Shown here: one piece after another, positions 55,616-64,000 of the stretch | How the letters are laid out: every line of letters begins with the position of its first letter | Numbering within the stretch: the first letter of the stretch is position 1 | IMG/VR virus record: IMGVR_UViG_643348564_000006 | Location: 941-64,940 of that record | Length of the DNA stretch: 64,000 nucleotides | From: a virus | Lineage: Duplodnaviria > Caudoviricetes | Direction: 5' to 3' (one strand) | Translations under genes and position numbers: made by a program | The notes under the pieces: model-generated | What the model was told of the DNA's origin: nothing | What the model saw: the letters and a program-made list of their open reading frames with translations, nothing else | Database searches by the model: none

Positions 55616-56023
55616 ATGCGCGCTGCTGATCTCCGCGAACTCGACATCCCCTCGCTGCGCCTTGCCGCCGATATCGCGGCGCGCAACCAGGGTGACGTTG
55701 CCCTCCTCGCAGCCCGGTTCGTGGCGGGCGCAGACGACTGCCTGCCACATACCCGGGTCGCAGCGGCGCACACCGAGGCGCAGGCGCGGGACATGGTCGC
55801 GATCGCGGGGCTCGTCGCGCTGGTCGAGCGCCACGCTGACCAGCTGCTCCCGATCTTCGAAGCGCTGGAGCGCGGCGAGGAGGTGACCATCCGCCAGAGC
55901 CGGGCGGCGGAGCTGGTCCGGCCGCGCAGCGCGGTCCCGGTGAGGTCCCACTGGCCGGTGATGCGGCGGCCCGGGACGGTGATGGGACCCGTCGCGGTCG
56001 CGATGGCGGCGGAGGTGCGGTGA
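55616..56023 (+). CDS. Hypothetical protein
   Basis: 135 aa with GGAG upstream. Confidence 0.5.
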   Translation: MRAADLRELDIPSLRLAADIAARNQGDVALLAARFVAGADDCLPHTRVAAAHTEAQARDMVAIAGLVALVERHADQLLPIFEALERGEEVTIRQSRAAELVRPRSAVPVRSHWPVMRRPGTVMGPVAVAMAAEVR

Positions 56024-56220
56024 TGCGCTCCGACCTCGTCGACCTCACCGTTGAGATCGCCCGCGAGACGGACCTCGCCGTGCTCGTCCACGAGGGCGAC
56101 AAGAGCAAGGCCGTGTGGCTGCCGAAGAGCGTCGTGGAAATCGTCCGCGACGATCCGATGCCCGGCCTCGCCACCATCACCCTGCCCGAGCGGGTCGCTG
56201 TCGAGAAAGGGCTGGTCTGA
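56020..56220 (+). CDS. Conserved small phage protein
   Basis: ETD.AVL..G....WLPKS.VE..T.TLPE..A.EKGL. Confidence 0.7.
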   Translation: MMRSDLVDLTVEIARETDLAVLVHEGDKSKAVWLPKSVVEIVRDDPMPGLATITLPERVAVEKGLV

Positions 56221-56939
56221 TGGTCGATCGTCCCATCATCTTCAGCGCGCCCATGATCAGGGCGCTCCTCGCCGGCCGGAAGACGCAGACGCGACGCCTC
56301 TGCAAACCCATGAACAAGTGGGTGCACCAGGAGGGCCGAGAGGTCCGCCTGCATCAAGGGCAGTGGTGCCACTTCCTGCAGGACGCCGAACTGCCGATCG
56401 AGCGGCTCCGCTTGCCCTGGCAGGTCGGAGACCGCCTCTGGGTCCGGGAGACCTGGGCTGTCGGCAACATCTACGACGGCATCCCGCCGCGCAACATCAA
56501 CCCGGGCGGCAAGCCGAATTGGTGCGGCATCCGGTACGCCGCAACCGATGAGCGCCTTGGGATCAAGGATCGCTCGCCGATCCACATGCCGCGGTGGGCC
56601 TCGCGCCTCACCCTGATCGTCACGGACGTCCGCGTCGAGCGGCTGCAGGACATCAGCGAGGAGGACGCCCGAGCCGAGGGCTGCGAGCACGATCTCTGGG
56701 ACCATGCGCTTGCCGTCCGCGACTACAGCGCGCCCGACAAGTGGCTCTGCGGTTGGGGGACGCTCGAAGGGCGACCCGGCTACGTGCCGGAGGAGCGCAT
56801 CTTCCGCGAGAGCTTTCGCTCTCTCTGGGAGAGCATCAACGGCGCCAAGTCCTGGGCGGATAATCCATGGATCTGTGCCAGTAGTTTCCGCGTCATCCAG
56901 CAGAACATCGACGCGATCGACATCGGGAGGGCTGCGTGA
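56220..56939 (+). CDS. ASCH/PUA-like phage protein
   Basis: RPIIFSAPMIRALLAGRKTQTRR..GDRLWVRET..SPIHMPRWASR.TL.VT.VRVERLQDISE.DA.AEG..NPW. Confidence 0.85.
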   Translation: MVDRPIIFSAPMIRALLAGRKTQTRRLCKPMNKWVHQEGREVRLHQGQWCHFLQDAELPIERLRLPWQVGDRLWVRETWAVGNIYDGIPPRNINPGGKPNWCGIRYAATDERLGIKDRSPIHMPRWASRLTLIVTDVRVERLQDISEEDARAEGCEHDLWDHALAVRDYSAPDKWLCGWGTLEGRPGYVPEERIFRESFRSLWESINGAKSWADNPWICASSFRVIQQNIDAIDIGRAA

Positions 56940-57379
56940 TGGACCGCCTCCCGACCAAGGCCCTCTCGATCCGGCAGCCTTGGGCACACCTGATCCTGCA
57001 CCACGGCAAGGACGTCGAGAACCGCTCCTGGTCGACCCGCTACCGCGGCCCGGTCCTGATCCATGCCGCAAAGGGCATGACGGACGACGAGTGGGACGAT
57101 GCGATGGACCTGCTCGACGCCATCTCGCGCCAGGACCGCGAAACCGTCCTGCGCCGCCGGGCGCGGGTGCACAACGGGATGCGCCGCGGCGGCATCGTGG
57201 GTGTCGTCGACATCACGGACTGCGTTCGTGACAGCGGGTCTCCGTGGTTCTTCGGACCCATCGGCTTCGTGCTCACCAATCCGCGACCGCTGCCCTTCGT
57301 GCCCTGCCGCGGCCAGCTCGGCTTCTTCGACGTGCCGGGCGAAGTTCTCGACGCCCTCCAGACGGGAAGGGCCGCCTGA
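56936..57379 (+). CDS. ASCH domain protein
   Basis: ALSIRQPWA.LI..GKDVENR.W.T.YRG..LIHA..GGIVG..W..G..GF..P.P....RGQLG. Confidence 0.92.
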   Translation: MMDRLPTKALSIRQPWAHLILHHGKDVENRSWSTRYRGPVLIHAAKGMTDDEWDDAMDLLDAISRQDRETVLRRRARVHNGMRRGGIVGVVDITDCVRDSGSPWFFGPIGFVLTNPRPLPFVPCRGQLGFFDVPGEVLDALQTGRAA

Positions 57380-57807
57380 TGCCTATGACCCTCCGCATCC
57401 TCAAGAAGAAGAGCAAGCAGGCCGCCGAGATCCTGACCAAGCACTATGCCGACCAGATCTCGGACATCTTCCTCGCCGAACGGTGTGAGAACTATCACGG
57501 GCTCGTCATCCGCTGCGGCTGCCCGAAGCGAGACGACGACCTTCGGAGGTGCGACCACCAGTGGCACCCGCTGCCCGGCACGCCGATGACCGGCGAGGTA
57601 TCCGGCTACTACGAACCCGAGTGGAACGAGCGCACCGCGTGGGAGACGCTGTGGCAGCTCGTGCATTGGGGCGAGCGCCCGGCGACCATGACGGACCGGG
57701 AGTGGTGGCGCACCAAAGCCATCACCGGCACCGAGCCGGTCGACGTGGACGCGCTCGTCGCCGAGTGGGAGCGCGAAGACGCCCTCGACGCAGCGAGGGC
57801 CGCATGA
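57379..57807 (+). CDS. Hypothetical protein
   Basis: TGATG-coupled; LPGTPM.G.VSGYYEPEW. Confidence 0.6.
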   Translation: MPMTLRILKKKSKQAAEILTKHYADQISDIFLAERCENYHGLVIRCGCPKRDDDLRRCDHQWHPLPGTPMTGEVSGYYEPEWNERTAWETLWQLVHWGERPATMTDREWWRTKAITGTEPVDVDALVAEWEREDALDAARAA

Positions 57808-58946
57808 GCAGCCATCTCGTGATCGACAGCTTCGCGGGCAGGCGCGCCTATTACAACGAGGTGGACCCGTATGCCGCGGCCTGGATCCGCAACCTCATCG
57901 CCACCGGACTTGTTGCGCCCGGAGACGTGGACGAGCGGGACATCCGGGACGTCCGACCCAGCGACCTCGCCGGCTACACCCGCTGCCACTTCTTCGCGGG
58001 GATCGGCGTCTGGGACTATGCTCTCGGCCTTGCTGGCTGGCCGGCGCACCGGCCCGTCTGGACCGGCTCCTGTCCCTGCCAACCTTTCTCCACGGCAGGC
58101 CGCGGAGATGGGTTTGCTGACGAGCGGCATCTGTGGCCGTCCTGGTTCCACCTCATCCGCGAGTGCGGTCCTGCAGTCGTCTTTGGAGAGCAGGTTGCGA
58201 GCACGGATGGGCTCGCATGGCTCGACCTTGTTTCGGCTGACCTGGAGAGTGCGGGTTACGCCTTTGCGGCGGCGGATCTGCCAGCTGCAGGCGTCGGCGC
58301 GCCCCACATCAGACAGCGCTCCTGGTTCGTGGCCCACGCCGCGGAGCGTGGAAGCTGGGCACGCGACCGGCAACCCGGAGCGGGCTCTCGACCACAAGAG
58401 CCGCTTGGAGGATGCGGTTTTCCTGGCCGCTTGGTCGACGCCGATTTCCTCAAACGCCAATGGGGCTCGTCAGCCGGACGGGAAGCGGGGGATTGGTCTG
58501 AACAGCGAGGCCAAACTGGCCTCCTGGCCCACGCCGACGCGCACGGACGCGCTCCGGCACCCGGGGCCGGACTTCACGACCCGGAACATAACCCTGAACC
58601 ACTGCGCCTCGTGGGCCACCCCGGCAGCCCGGGACTATCGGCACGCGAACGCCAAGAGCTTCTCGGAGCGGGGCGGTGGCAAGAAGGGCGAGCAGCTCAA
58701 CAACCAGGTCGTTCATTCTGGTCCGACGCCGAGTGGATCCCCTGCCGAGATGGGAAAGCCCGGCCAGTTGAACCCGGCACATTCCCGCTGGCTCATGGGG
58801 CTCCCGCCCGAGTGGGACGCCTGCGCGCCTACGGCAACGCGATCGTCGCGCAGGTCGCGGCCGAGTTCATCGCCACCGTCCTCGACCTGAGCGCCGGCTA
58901 CGCCACCGCGCCCGGCGCCGATCTCCCCCTCTTCGCTGCGGAGTGA
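57804..58946 (+). CDS. C5-cytosine DNA methyltransferase, alpha polypeptide (circularly arranged motifs)
   Basis: [39 protein letters not shown]. Confidence 0.92.
   Translation: MSSHLVIDSFAGRRAYYNEVDPYAAAWIRNLIATGLVAPGDVDERDIRDVRPSDLAGYTRCHFFAGIGVWDYALGLAGWPAHRPVWTGSCPCQPFSTAGRGDGFADERHLWPSWFHLIRECGPAVVFGEQVASTDGLAWLDLVSADLESAGYAFAAADLPAAGVGAPHIRQRSWFVAHAAERGSWARDRQPGAGSRPQEPLGGCGFPGRLVDADFLKRQWGSSAGREAGDWSEQRGQTGLLAHADAHGRAPAPGAGLHDPEHNPEPLRLVGHPGSPGLSARERQELLGAGRWQEGRAAQQPGRSFWSDAEWIPCRDGKARPVEPGTFPLAHGAPARVGRLRAYGNAIVAQVAAEFIATVLDLSAGYATAPGADLPLFAAE
58108..58890 (+). CDS. Nested alternative-frame polypeptide (beta subunit/TRD) of the C5-methyltransferase
   Basis: Part of ORF 57871..58890: repeated WPTP/WSTP/WATP units and [16 protein letters not shown] (motif IX-like); start uncertain. 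Confidence 0.7.
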   Translation: MGLLTSGICGRPGSTSSASAVLQSSLESRLRARMGSHGSTLFRLTWRVRVTPLRRRICQLQASARPTSDSAPGSWPTPRSVEAGHATGNPERALDHKSRLEDAVFLAAWSTPISSNANGARQPDGKRGIGLNSEAKLASWPTPTRTDALRHPGPDFTTRNITLNHCASWATPAARDYRHANAKSFSERGGGKKGEQLNNQVVHSGPTPSGSPAEMGKPGQLNPAHSRWLMGLPPEWDACAPTATRSSRRSRPSSSPPSST

Positions 58947-58950
58947 GCCG

Positions 58951-59274
58951 ATGACCTCCGCTGCCCGCGCGCCCACGCCCTTCGACGTCCTCGGCGACTC
59001 TCTGCCCTGCCGGTGTCCCGGCATGGGCTACGACCCGGATCTCGGCCTCGACCTGTGCGCCTGTATAGCCGCCGAGAAGGCGCTGCGCGCCTATCGCGAC
59101 CGGCGACATCTGCCGCCGATGACGGATGAGCAGCGCGCATGGTGCCTCTCCGAGATCGAGCGCGCCGAGGGATACGAGCGCGCCTGTCATGCGAGCGAGA
59201 CGGACAACGAGCTTGCCGGCACGGTGCTTTGTGCGTGGCTCGACTTCGCGCGGGACAAGGGGCTGGTGCGATGA
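58951..59274 (+). CDS. Hypothetical protein, Cys-containing
   Basis: 107 aa; LPC.C..CAC.. Confidence 0.55.
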   Translation: MTSAARAPTPFDVLGDSLPCRCPGMGYDPDLGLDLCACIAAEKALRAYRDRRHLPPMTDEQRAWCLSEIERAEGYERACHASETDNELAGTVLCAWLDFARDKGLVR

Positions 59275-59323
59275 CCTCTGCCCGCCTCACAGGCCTGTGC
59301 GCAGAGGGTGGGGAGCGGCCGTG

Positions 59324-59878
59324 ATGCTCGTCCCTCCGCTCGCGCACATCGAGGCCATCGACCGGACCGACCTCAACCGGCTCCTGACCCGCTGGGGTCA
59401 TCGCATGGGCGCCTACACGCGCCCGAGCTACGCAATCGAGGCACATCACGCCCTGTTCGAACACGGCGAGCCGGTCGCGGTCACTGCCGCTGGCGAGACG
59501 GTGCGCGAGACGATTGGGCGGACCGGCATCTCGCGGGCGCGGTGCGTCGAGCTTGCCCGCCTGTGCGCGGCGCGCCGCGATCTCTGCCGGCCCATGCTCC
59601 GGCTCTGGCGCGAGATGATCTTCCCCGCCGTGGCGGCGGTCCACGGGCGGGATCTCGCCGTCTCCTATCAGGACGAGGCCCTGCATACGGGCGACCTCTA
59701 CCGGTTCGATGGCTGGCTCCTGCTCGGCAAGGGCGGTGGCGGCGGACCGGACACCCGCACCGGCCGTCCTGGGCGCCGCATGAAGATCTGGGCTTGGCCG
59801 CCCGATCTCGCGACCGCCGCCCTCTCCCGCCTCACCCCGCCATCAGGGCGCCCCGATCCCTCATCCGCAGGAGCCTGA
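59324..59878 (+). CDS. Mom-like GNAT-fold DNA/nucleotide modification protein
   Basis: CVELARLC..R..VSYQD...H.G.LYRFDGW pattern matches Mu Mom-type proteins from memory. Confidence 0.6.
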   Translation: MLVPPLAHIEAIDRTDLNRLLTRWGHRMGAYTRPSYAIEAHHALFEHGEPVAVTAAGETVRETIGRTGISRARCVELARLCAARRDLCRPMLRLWREMIFPAVAAVHGRDLAVSYQDEALHTGDLYRFDGWLLLGKGGGGGPDTRTGRPGRRMKIWAWPPDLATAALSRLTPPSGRPDPSSAGA

Positions 59879-59881
59879 CCA

Positions 59882-60361
59882 GTGTCCCGTCGCATCTACG
59901 TCGCCTCGTCCTGGCGCAACCCGAAGCAGCCGGCGGTCGTCGCCGCACTGCGCGCGGCGGGCCACGAGGTCTACGACTTCCGCAACCCCTTCAATGGCGT
60001 GCCGGGCTTCGCGTGGTCGGAGATCGACCCGAATTGGGAGGCATGGTCGGCTGCGGAGTACCGGCGCCTGCTGACCACGCACCCGATCGCCGCCCGCGGC
60101 TTCGTCAGTGACCTGCGGGGCATGCAGTGGGCGGACACCTGCGTCCTCGTCCTGCCATGCGGGCGCTCCGCCCATCTGGAGGCCGGCTGGTTCTGCGGCG
60201 CCGGCAAGCGGTGCCTGATCCTCACCCAGGATGGCGAGGAGCCCGAGCTGATGGCGCTCCTCGCCACCGACATCTGCATCTCGCTTGAGGAGGTGGTTCG
60301 GGCGCTCGCGACCAGGCGGACCGCGCCGCTCGCCGCGGCCGCGGAGGTGAGTCATGCCTGA
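59882..60361 (+). CDS. Nucleoside 2-deoxyribosyltransferase-like (NDT/YtoQ/TIR-related fold) protein
   Basis: IYVASSW..L...GHEVYDF..D...M..AD.CVLVLP.G.SAHLEAGW. Confidence 0.75.
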   Translation: MSRRIYVASSWRNPKQPAVVAALRAAGHEVYDFRNPFNGVPGFAWSEIDPNWEAWSAAEYRRLLTTHPIAARGFVSDLRGMQWADTCVLVLPCGRSAHLEAGWFCGAGKRCLILTQDGEEPELMALLATDICISLEEVVRALATRRTAPLAAAAEVSHA

Positions 60362-60506
60362 CCGTCTCTCCCTCCTCGACCTCATCTGCATCGCTGCCGC
60401 GACCGTCGAACTGCTGATCGCCACCGTCTGGCGGATGCCGGCGGCGGTGATGGCCGATTGGCTCGACCTCGCTGCCGGGCGCGGCGGGGCAACGGTGGGA
60501 GTGTGA
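60354..60506 (+). CDS. Small hydrophobic protein
   Basis: 50 aa, GGAGG upstream, one TM. Confidence 0.4.
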   Translation: MPDRLSLLDLICIAAATVELLIATVWRMPAAVMADWLDLAAGRGGATVGV

Positions 60507-60850
60507 CCGTGGCTCAGCTTTTACGCGCCATCTATCCGCCCGAGCACGCCTCGCGCCTTTCTGATCGCGCAGGCGAGCCCTACCGCCCCAGCAACGGCAC
60601 CGAGGGCGACATCTTCGCCGCCGCCTGGTGCTCGGACTGCCGCAAGCGCCCGCGCTGCCGGATCCCGCTGCGGGCCATGGCTCATGACATCAGCGAGCGC
60701 GGCTACCCGCACCAGTGGCGGTACGGCGGGGATGGGCAGCCGATCTGCACGGCTCACGACAATGGCCCGCCTCCGCCACGCCGTGCGCGACCCTGCCGCC
60801 GCACGGGAGACCTGTTCGGCCAGATGCCGGAGGTGCGCCATGTCGGGTGA
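60503..60850 (+). CDS. Small Cys-rich phage protein
   Basis: YRPSNGTEG..F...WC..C...C..W...G.P.CT. Confidence 0.65.
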   Translation: MTVAQLLRAIYPPEHASRLSDRAGEPYRPSNGTEGDIFAAAWCSDCRKRPRCRIPLRAMAHDISERGYPHQWRYGGDGQPICTAHDNGPPPPRRARPCRRTGDLFGQMPEVRHVG

Positions 60851-61172
60851 GCGCATCCCCGCGCACCTCTCCGGCCTCAGCGACGACGCCAAGGCCGTGG
60901 CTGGTGGCCACTTCGGCTTCATGCAGCCGGGCAAGGGCACGCTCACTTTCAAGACGCCCTCGCGCATGACTGAACGCGGAAAGGCCGCCCTCGACGAGCT
61001 CGTAGCCGCCGGCGTCTGCACTGTGGAGCCGTTCAACCAGCTCGACGGCCTCGTCTACCGGCCCGTCATCAACTGCCGGCCGTTCGCGCGGTGGCTGATG
61101 CGCAACGAAGCTGCGGGCCGCTTCGCGATGGTGAAGTCGGATTCCTCGTCGACCGAGGAGGCCTGCCCATGA
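60840..61172 (+). CDS. Hypothetical protein
   Basis: 110 aa, GGAGG upstream. Confidence 0.55.
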   Translation: MSGERIPAHLSGLSDDAKAVAGGHFGFMQPGKGTLTFKTPSRMTERGKAALDELVAAGVCTVEPFNQLDGLVYRPVINCRPFARWLMRNEAAGRFAMVKSDSSSTEEACP

Positions 61173-61423
61173 TCCGCATCGCCTGCTGCGTCCCGTTCTG
61201 CCGGCGCATGACAGACGCCAGCAAGCTCCAGCCCTGGGGCGCGAGCGAATGGCTCTGCCAGGAGCATTGGAGCGGGATCCCCGCCCGGCGGCGCAAGGCC
61301 TACCGCCGGGCCGTCCGGCGCATGGACAGCCGCACGCCCGCCTCGGTGCGCCTGTGGCGGCGGATCAAGGCCCAGGCGATCGAGGCCGCCGCGGGCATCG
61401 AGGGAGGCGCCCGTGTCGGTTGA
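61169..61423 (+). CDS. Small zinc-finger-like protein
   Basis: CCVPFC..WLC..HW..P...R. Confidence 0.6.
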   Translation: MIRIACCVPFCRRMTDASKLQPWGASEWLCQEHWSGIPARRRKAYRRAVRRMDSRTPASVRLWRRIKAQAIEAAAGIEGGARVG

Positions 61424-61721
61424 TCCCGCCCGCGCCGCCTACGAGGCGCGCTTTGCCGACATGACGCTCGGGCCGTGCGGTGCGGCGCCGGCCTGGAACG
61501 ACCTCCCGCCCGAGGGCAAGGCGGTGTGGCAGCGGGTGGCTCAAGCGGCTGTTGCTGCCGCCCTCAAGCCGACCGGCGAGCGCCCCTGTGACTGCGAGCG
61601 GTGTGACTGCGGCAACGTCGGAGATGCTGCCGAGGTCGCCGAGTGGGACGCGCAGCAGCGAGCCTACGAGGCCGCCCTGTCTGCCCTCTCCGCCCCGAGC
61701 CAGGAGGCGCGCGATGCGTGA
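61413..61721 (+). CDS. Hypothetical protein
   Basis: ARAAYEA..W.DLP...K..W..VA; CDCERCDC. Confidence 0.6.
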   Translation: MSVDPARAAYEARFADMTLGPCGAAPAWNDLPPEGKAVWQRVAQAAVAAALKPTGERPCDCERCDCGNVGDAAEVAEWDAQQRAYEAALSALSAPSQEARDA

Positions 61722-61917
61722 TGACCCTATCCGGACCGTGCTCGGCCTCGCACTCGGCGCTCTCATAGAACGTGAGGGCGCCCGGCAGCCCTGTCGAACC
61801 GCACCGAGCCCGAAGGCCATTGCCGCTGACAGGGCCGCAGCCGAGGCCAAGCGTGCCCGCAGAAATGCTCGCCGCGCCGCCCTCGCCGCCCCGAGCACGG
61901 GAGGCGAGCGTGAGTGA
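61714..61917 (+). CDS. Small basic hypothetical protein
   Basis: 67 aa; AEAKRARRNARR. Confidence 0.5.
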   Translation: MRDDPIRTVLGLALGALIEREGARQPCRTAPSPKAIAADRAAAEAKRARRNARRAALAAPSTGGERE

Positions 61918-62545
61918 GATGGTAGAGCGGGTGGCGCGCGCGTTGGCGACAGAGCGCGGCCACGACGACATCAACGAGTGCTTTCCCTGCGCCGATGGGC
62001 GGCTGCGCCCGATCTGGTCGTTTTTCATTCCCGATGCGCGGGTCGCCCTCGCGGCCATGCGCGAGCCGACAGTCGAGATGATCGCCGCCTTCTGGCGGGT
62101 GAAGAACACCGGTTCGACCGAGCCCGGCGAGACTGGCGAGGACCGCAGCGATTACGCCGCCTACCGCGCGATGATCGACGCCGCGCGGCCCGCCCCGAGC
62201 ACAGACACGATCAGCCCGGCCCCGTACATCTCGGAAGAGCTGCGTTACGACCGCGAGGGGCGCCGCATCCGCACACTGGCTGAGGCCCGCGTCGAGCGGC
62301 CCGCCTCGAACGCGGAGGAGATGCGCTCAAGGCCCACCACTCACGTCGCGCTGGCCGCTGCCGCTGCCCGGGTGGCCTGCGGACTGGACATCACCGCCGA
62401 GGCCGTCGCCGCCCGAAGCCGGGAGGCCGCCAAGGACATCCGGGAGGCGGCCCGCCAACTCCGCGCCGCCCTCTCCCCATCCGCTCCCGCGGCAGGAGCG
62501 GGAGGTCTGCAGGACAGAGGAGAACCACCCCATGCGCAGGGCTGA
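61910..62545 (+). CDS. Hypothetical protein
   Basis: MVERVARAL..AR.A.AAMREPT.EM..MIDAA motif common in alphaproteobacterial phages. Confidence 0.6.
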   Translation: MSEMVERVARALATERGHDDINECFPCADGRLRPIWSFFIPDARVALAAMREPTVEMIAAFWRVKNTGSTEPGETGEDRSDYAAYRAMIDAARPAPSTDTISPAPYISEELRYDREGRRIRTLAEARVERPASNAEEMRSRPTTHVALAAAAARVACGLDITAEAVAARSREAAKDIREAARQLRAALSPSAPAAGAGGLQDRGEPPHAQG

Positions 62546-62588
62546 GCGCATCCCCAGCCAGAGAGAAACACCAATACAGGAGCGATCC

Positions 62589-62798
62589 GTGAAGCGCGCG
62601 CAGTCATCCATCACGCCACTGGCCCATCGGGTTGAGGATGCGGCCGGCATGGTGGGGGTCAGCACTTCCATGATCTGGAAGCTGATCCGCGAGGGCAAGC
62701 TGCGCTCCAGCAAGATCGGCCGCGCAACCGTGATCCCTCACGGCGATCTGGTCGCGCTCATTGGCGGCTCGGCCGTGGATGCTCCGCCGCAGACATAG
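62589..62798 (+). CDS. xis: Excisionase/AlpA-like HTH protein
   Basis: RVEDAA.MVGVS.S.IWKLIREGKL...KIGRAT.I; convergent with integrase. Confidence 0.85.
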   Translation: MKRAQSSITPLAHRVEDAAGMVGVSTSMIWKLIREGKLRSSKIGRATVIPHGDLVALIGGSAVDAPPQT

Positions 62799-63964
62799 GC
62801 GCCCCAATCATCCATCAGCCGGCGGCGCTTCGTGAGCGCGTCGCCGCGGCGGTAGGCCCGTTCGGTGGCGTCTCCCACCATGTGCGCCAGGGCCGCTTCG
62901 ATCACCTCGCGCGGATGGTCAGTCTCATCCGCCGCCCAATCTCGGAATGACGACCGGAAGCCATGAGCGGTGATGTCAGGGTGCTTGGCTCGGCGTAGCA
63001 GGGCCGCGAACACCATGTCGGACAGCGCCGTGTCATTGCGGCTTGGGAAAATCAGGCCGTCCTCGTCCGAGGACTCCATGTGCAGTTTGGACAGGATCTC
63101 GACAGCGCGGGCACAGAGCGGCACGCGATGCGGCCGCTTCGCCTTCATCCGTTCCTTCGGCACGGTCCAGAGCGCGCCCGCCAGATCCACCTCGGCCCAG
63201 GTCATGCCGCGGATCTCGCCGGACCGGGCCGCCGTGAGGATCAGCAGCTCAAGCGCACGCGCGGTCTGCGCCTCGCGCTGGCGGATCTCGGCAACAAAGG
63301 CCGGCACTTCCTTATATGGGAGCGCGGTGTGATGCCCGCGCTGGAGCTTACCGGCTCGCGGCAACAGGACGTCGAGATGTCCCTTCCACCGGGCGGGGTT
63401 CTCGGACCCGCGGTGCCCTGCCACCCGGGCGGCATCCAGGATGCGTTCGATCCGGCCGCGCAGCCGGCGCGCCGTCTCGGCCTTGGTGTGCCAGATCGGT
63501 CGCAGCACCGCCAGCACGGCTTCCGTGTCGACATCCGCGACCGGCATCGCCCAGAGCGATGCCGCCTGCACCTCGAGCGTCTGGCGCCACTGCCGGCGGT
63601 GCGCGGCGTTGCGCCACGCCCGCTCGCGATCGGTCATGTAGACCTCGGCGACCTCGGCGAATGTGATCCGGTGGGGTGGCGGCTCATCGCTTGGTGGGGC
63701 GCGCCGGGCGTCGATTGGATCGACCCCAGCAGCGACCTGTGCCCTGGCTTCAGCGGCGAGCTCGCGGGCGCGGGCGAGCGGCACGGACAGGACAGGCCCG
63801 AGGCCCATCTCGCGGCGCCTGCCGGCCATCCGATAGAGAAAGACCCAGCGCTTGCCGCCGGCCGGATCGACGACAAGATAGAGGCCGCCGCCGTCCGCGT
63901 GCCGACCGGGCTCCGTCAGCGTCTGGACACGCCGCGCCGAGAGCTTGTTGACCTCCCGCCCCAC
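62738..63964 (-). CDS. int: P4-like tyrosine integrase
   Basis: GRHADGGGLYL arm domain; TAARSGE (R), K.K.PH, HGFRSSFR (HxxR), LAH, YRR (Y); start GTG at 63964. Confidence 0.96.
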   Translation of the reverse strand: MGREVNKLSARRVQTLTEPGRHADGGGLYLVVDPAGGKRWVFLYRMAGRRREMGLGPVLSVPLARARELAAEARAQVAAGVDPIDARRAPPSDEPPPHRITFAEVAEVYMTDRERAWRNAAHRRQWRQTLEVQAASLWAMPVADVDTEAVLAVLRPIWHTKAETARRLRGRIERILDAARVAGHRGSENPARWKGHLDVLLPRAGKLQRGHHTALPYKEVPAFVAEIRQREAQTARALELLILTAARSGEIRGMTWAEVDLAGALWTVPKERMKAKRPHRVPLCARAVEILSKLHMESSDEDGLIFPSRNDTALSDMVFAALLRRAKHPDITAHGFRSSFRDWAADETDHPREVIEAALAHMVGDATERAYRRGDALTKRRRLMDDWGAYVCGGASTAEPPMSATRSP

Positions 63965-63998
63965 CGCACCCCACCATTCGCCCCATCGGCGCCCCACC
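63959..63998. repeat. Four CCCCA(C/T)C direct repeats upstream of int, possible integrase arm sites
   Basis: CCCCACC at 63959, 63969, 63992 and CCCCATC at 63981. Confidence 0.45.
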
Positions 63999-64000
63999 AT

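Larger units (their letters stand above)
1..64000. mobile_element. Temperate prophage (siphovirus-like), both ends probably just outside the window
   Basis: Contiguous lysis, tail, head, packaging, replication, cI/cro, recombination, xis and int modules in canonical order; no host housekeeping genes seen. Confidence 0.97.

Noticed and set aside
57871-58107. N-terminal part of the nested MTase-frame ORF
   Set aside because: Ser/Thr/Pro-rich by-product of the main frame; only the part from about 58108 is supported
1-64000. tRNA, rRNA, CRISPR array, retron/RT, att core repeat
   Set aside because: None recognised by eye; tRNAscan-SE, cmscan and flanking sequence would be needed to exclude them formally

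Overview
The window is almost one complete temperate long-tailed (siphovirus-type) prophage in a high-GC genome. The host is inferred to be an alphaproteobacterium from the MucR/Ros-like and GapR-like genes. From left to right, minus strand: lysis genes (1-2.6 kb); tail with a 3521-aa repetitive tail-tip protein, lambda-like L/K/I/M genes, an SLT-containing tape measure protein and a -1 frameshifted chaperone (2.6-25 kb); head-tail connectors, a displaced MuF gene, DUF2184-type capsid, decoration protein and DUF2213-type protease/scaffold (25-31.7 kb); portal and terminases (33-37 kb); a NusG-like regulator, MucR, a frameshifted replication initiator, DnaB, an IS-split methyltransferase, HNH, RuvC-like, GapR-like and Cro genes (37-47.6 kb). 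Plus strand: CI, a low-GC immunity-region moron, then an early operon (YqaJ/RecT, ASCH, methyltransferases, Mom-like, NDT-like, many small ORFs, excisionase). A P4-like integrase on the minus strand is at the right edge. Two IS elements (IS630 and IS5/IS1031-like) and a HigBA-like TA module are inserted. The most striking observation is the portal gene. It is fused to a T4 gp57B/Acb1-like 2H phosphoesterase. Removing the IS630 by hand shows it continued in frame into a PBECR-like RNase domain (789 aa), followed by a compact structured 64-nt element. Other highlights are a 7-bp tandem repeat one unit short of restoring the replication initiator, a dual-frame C5-methyltransferase, and a small Tat-signal protein carrying a copy of the tail-tip repeat. 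All family assignments come from motif recognition by eye; no searches were run. No att site, tRNA, rRNA, CRISPR array or reverse transcriptase was seen.
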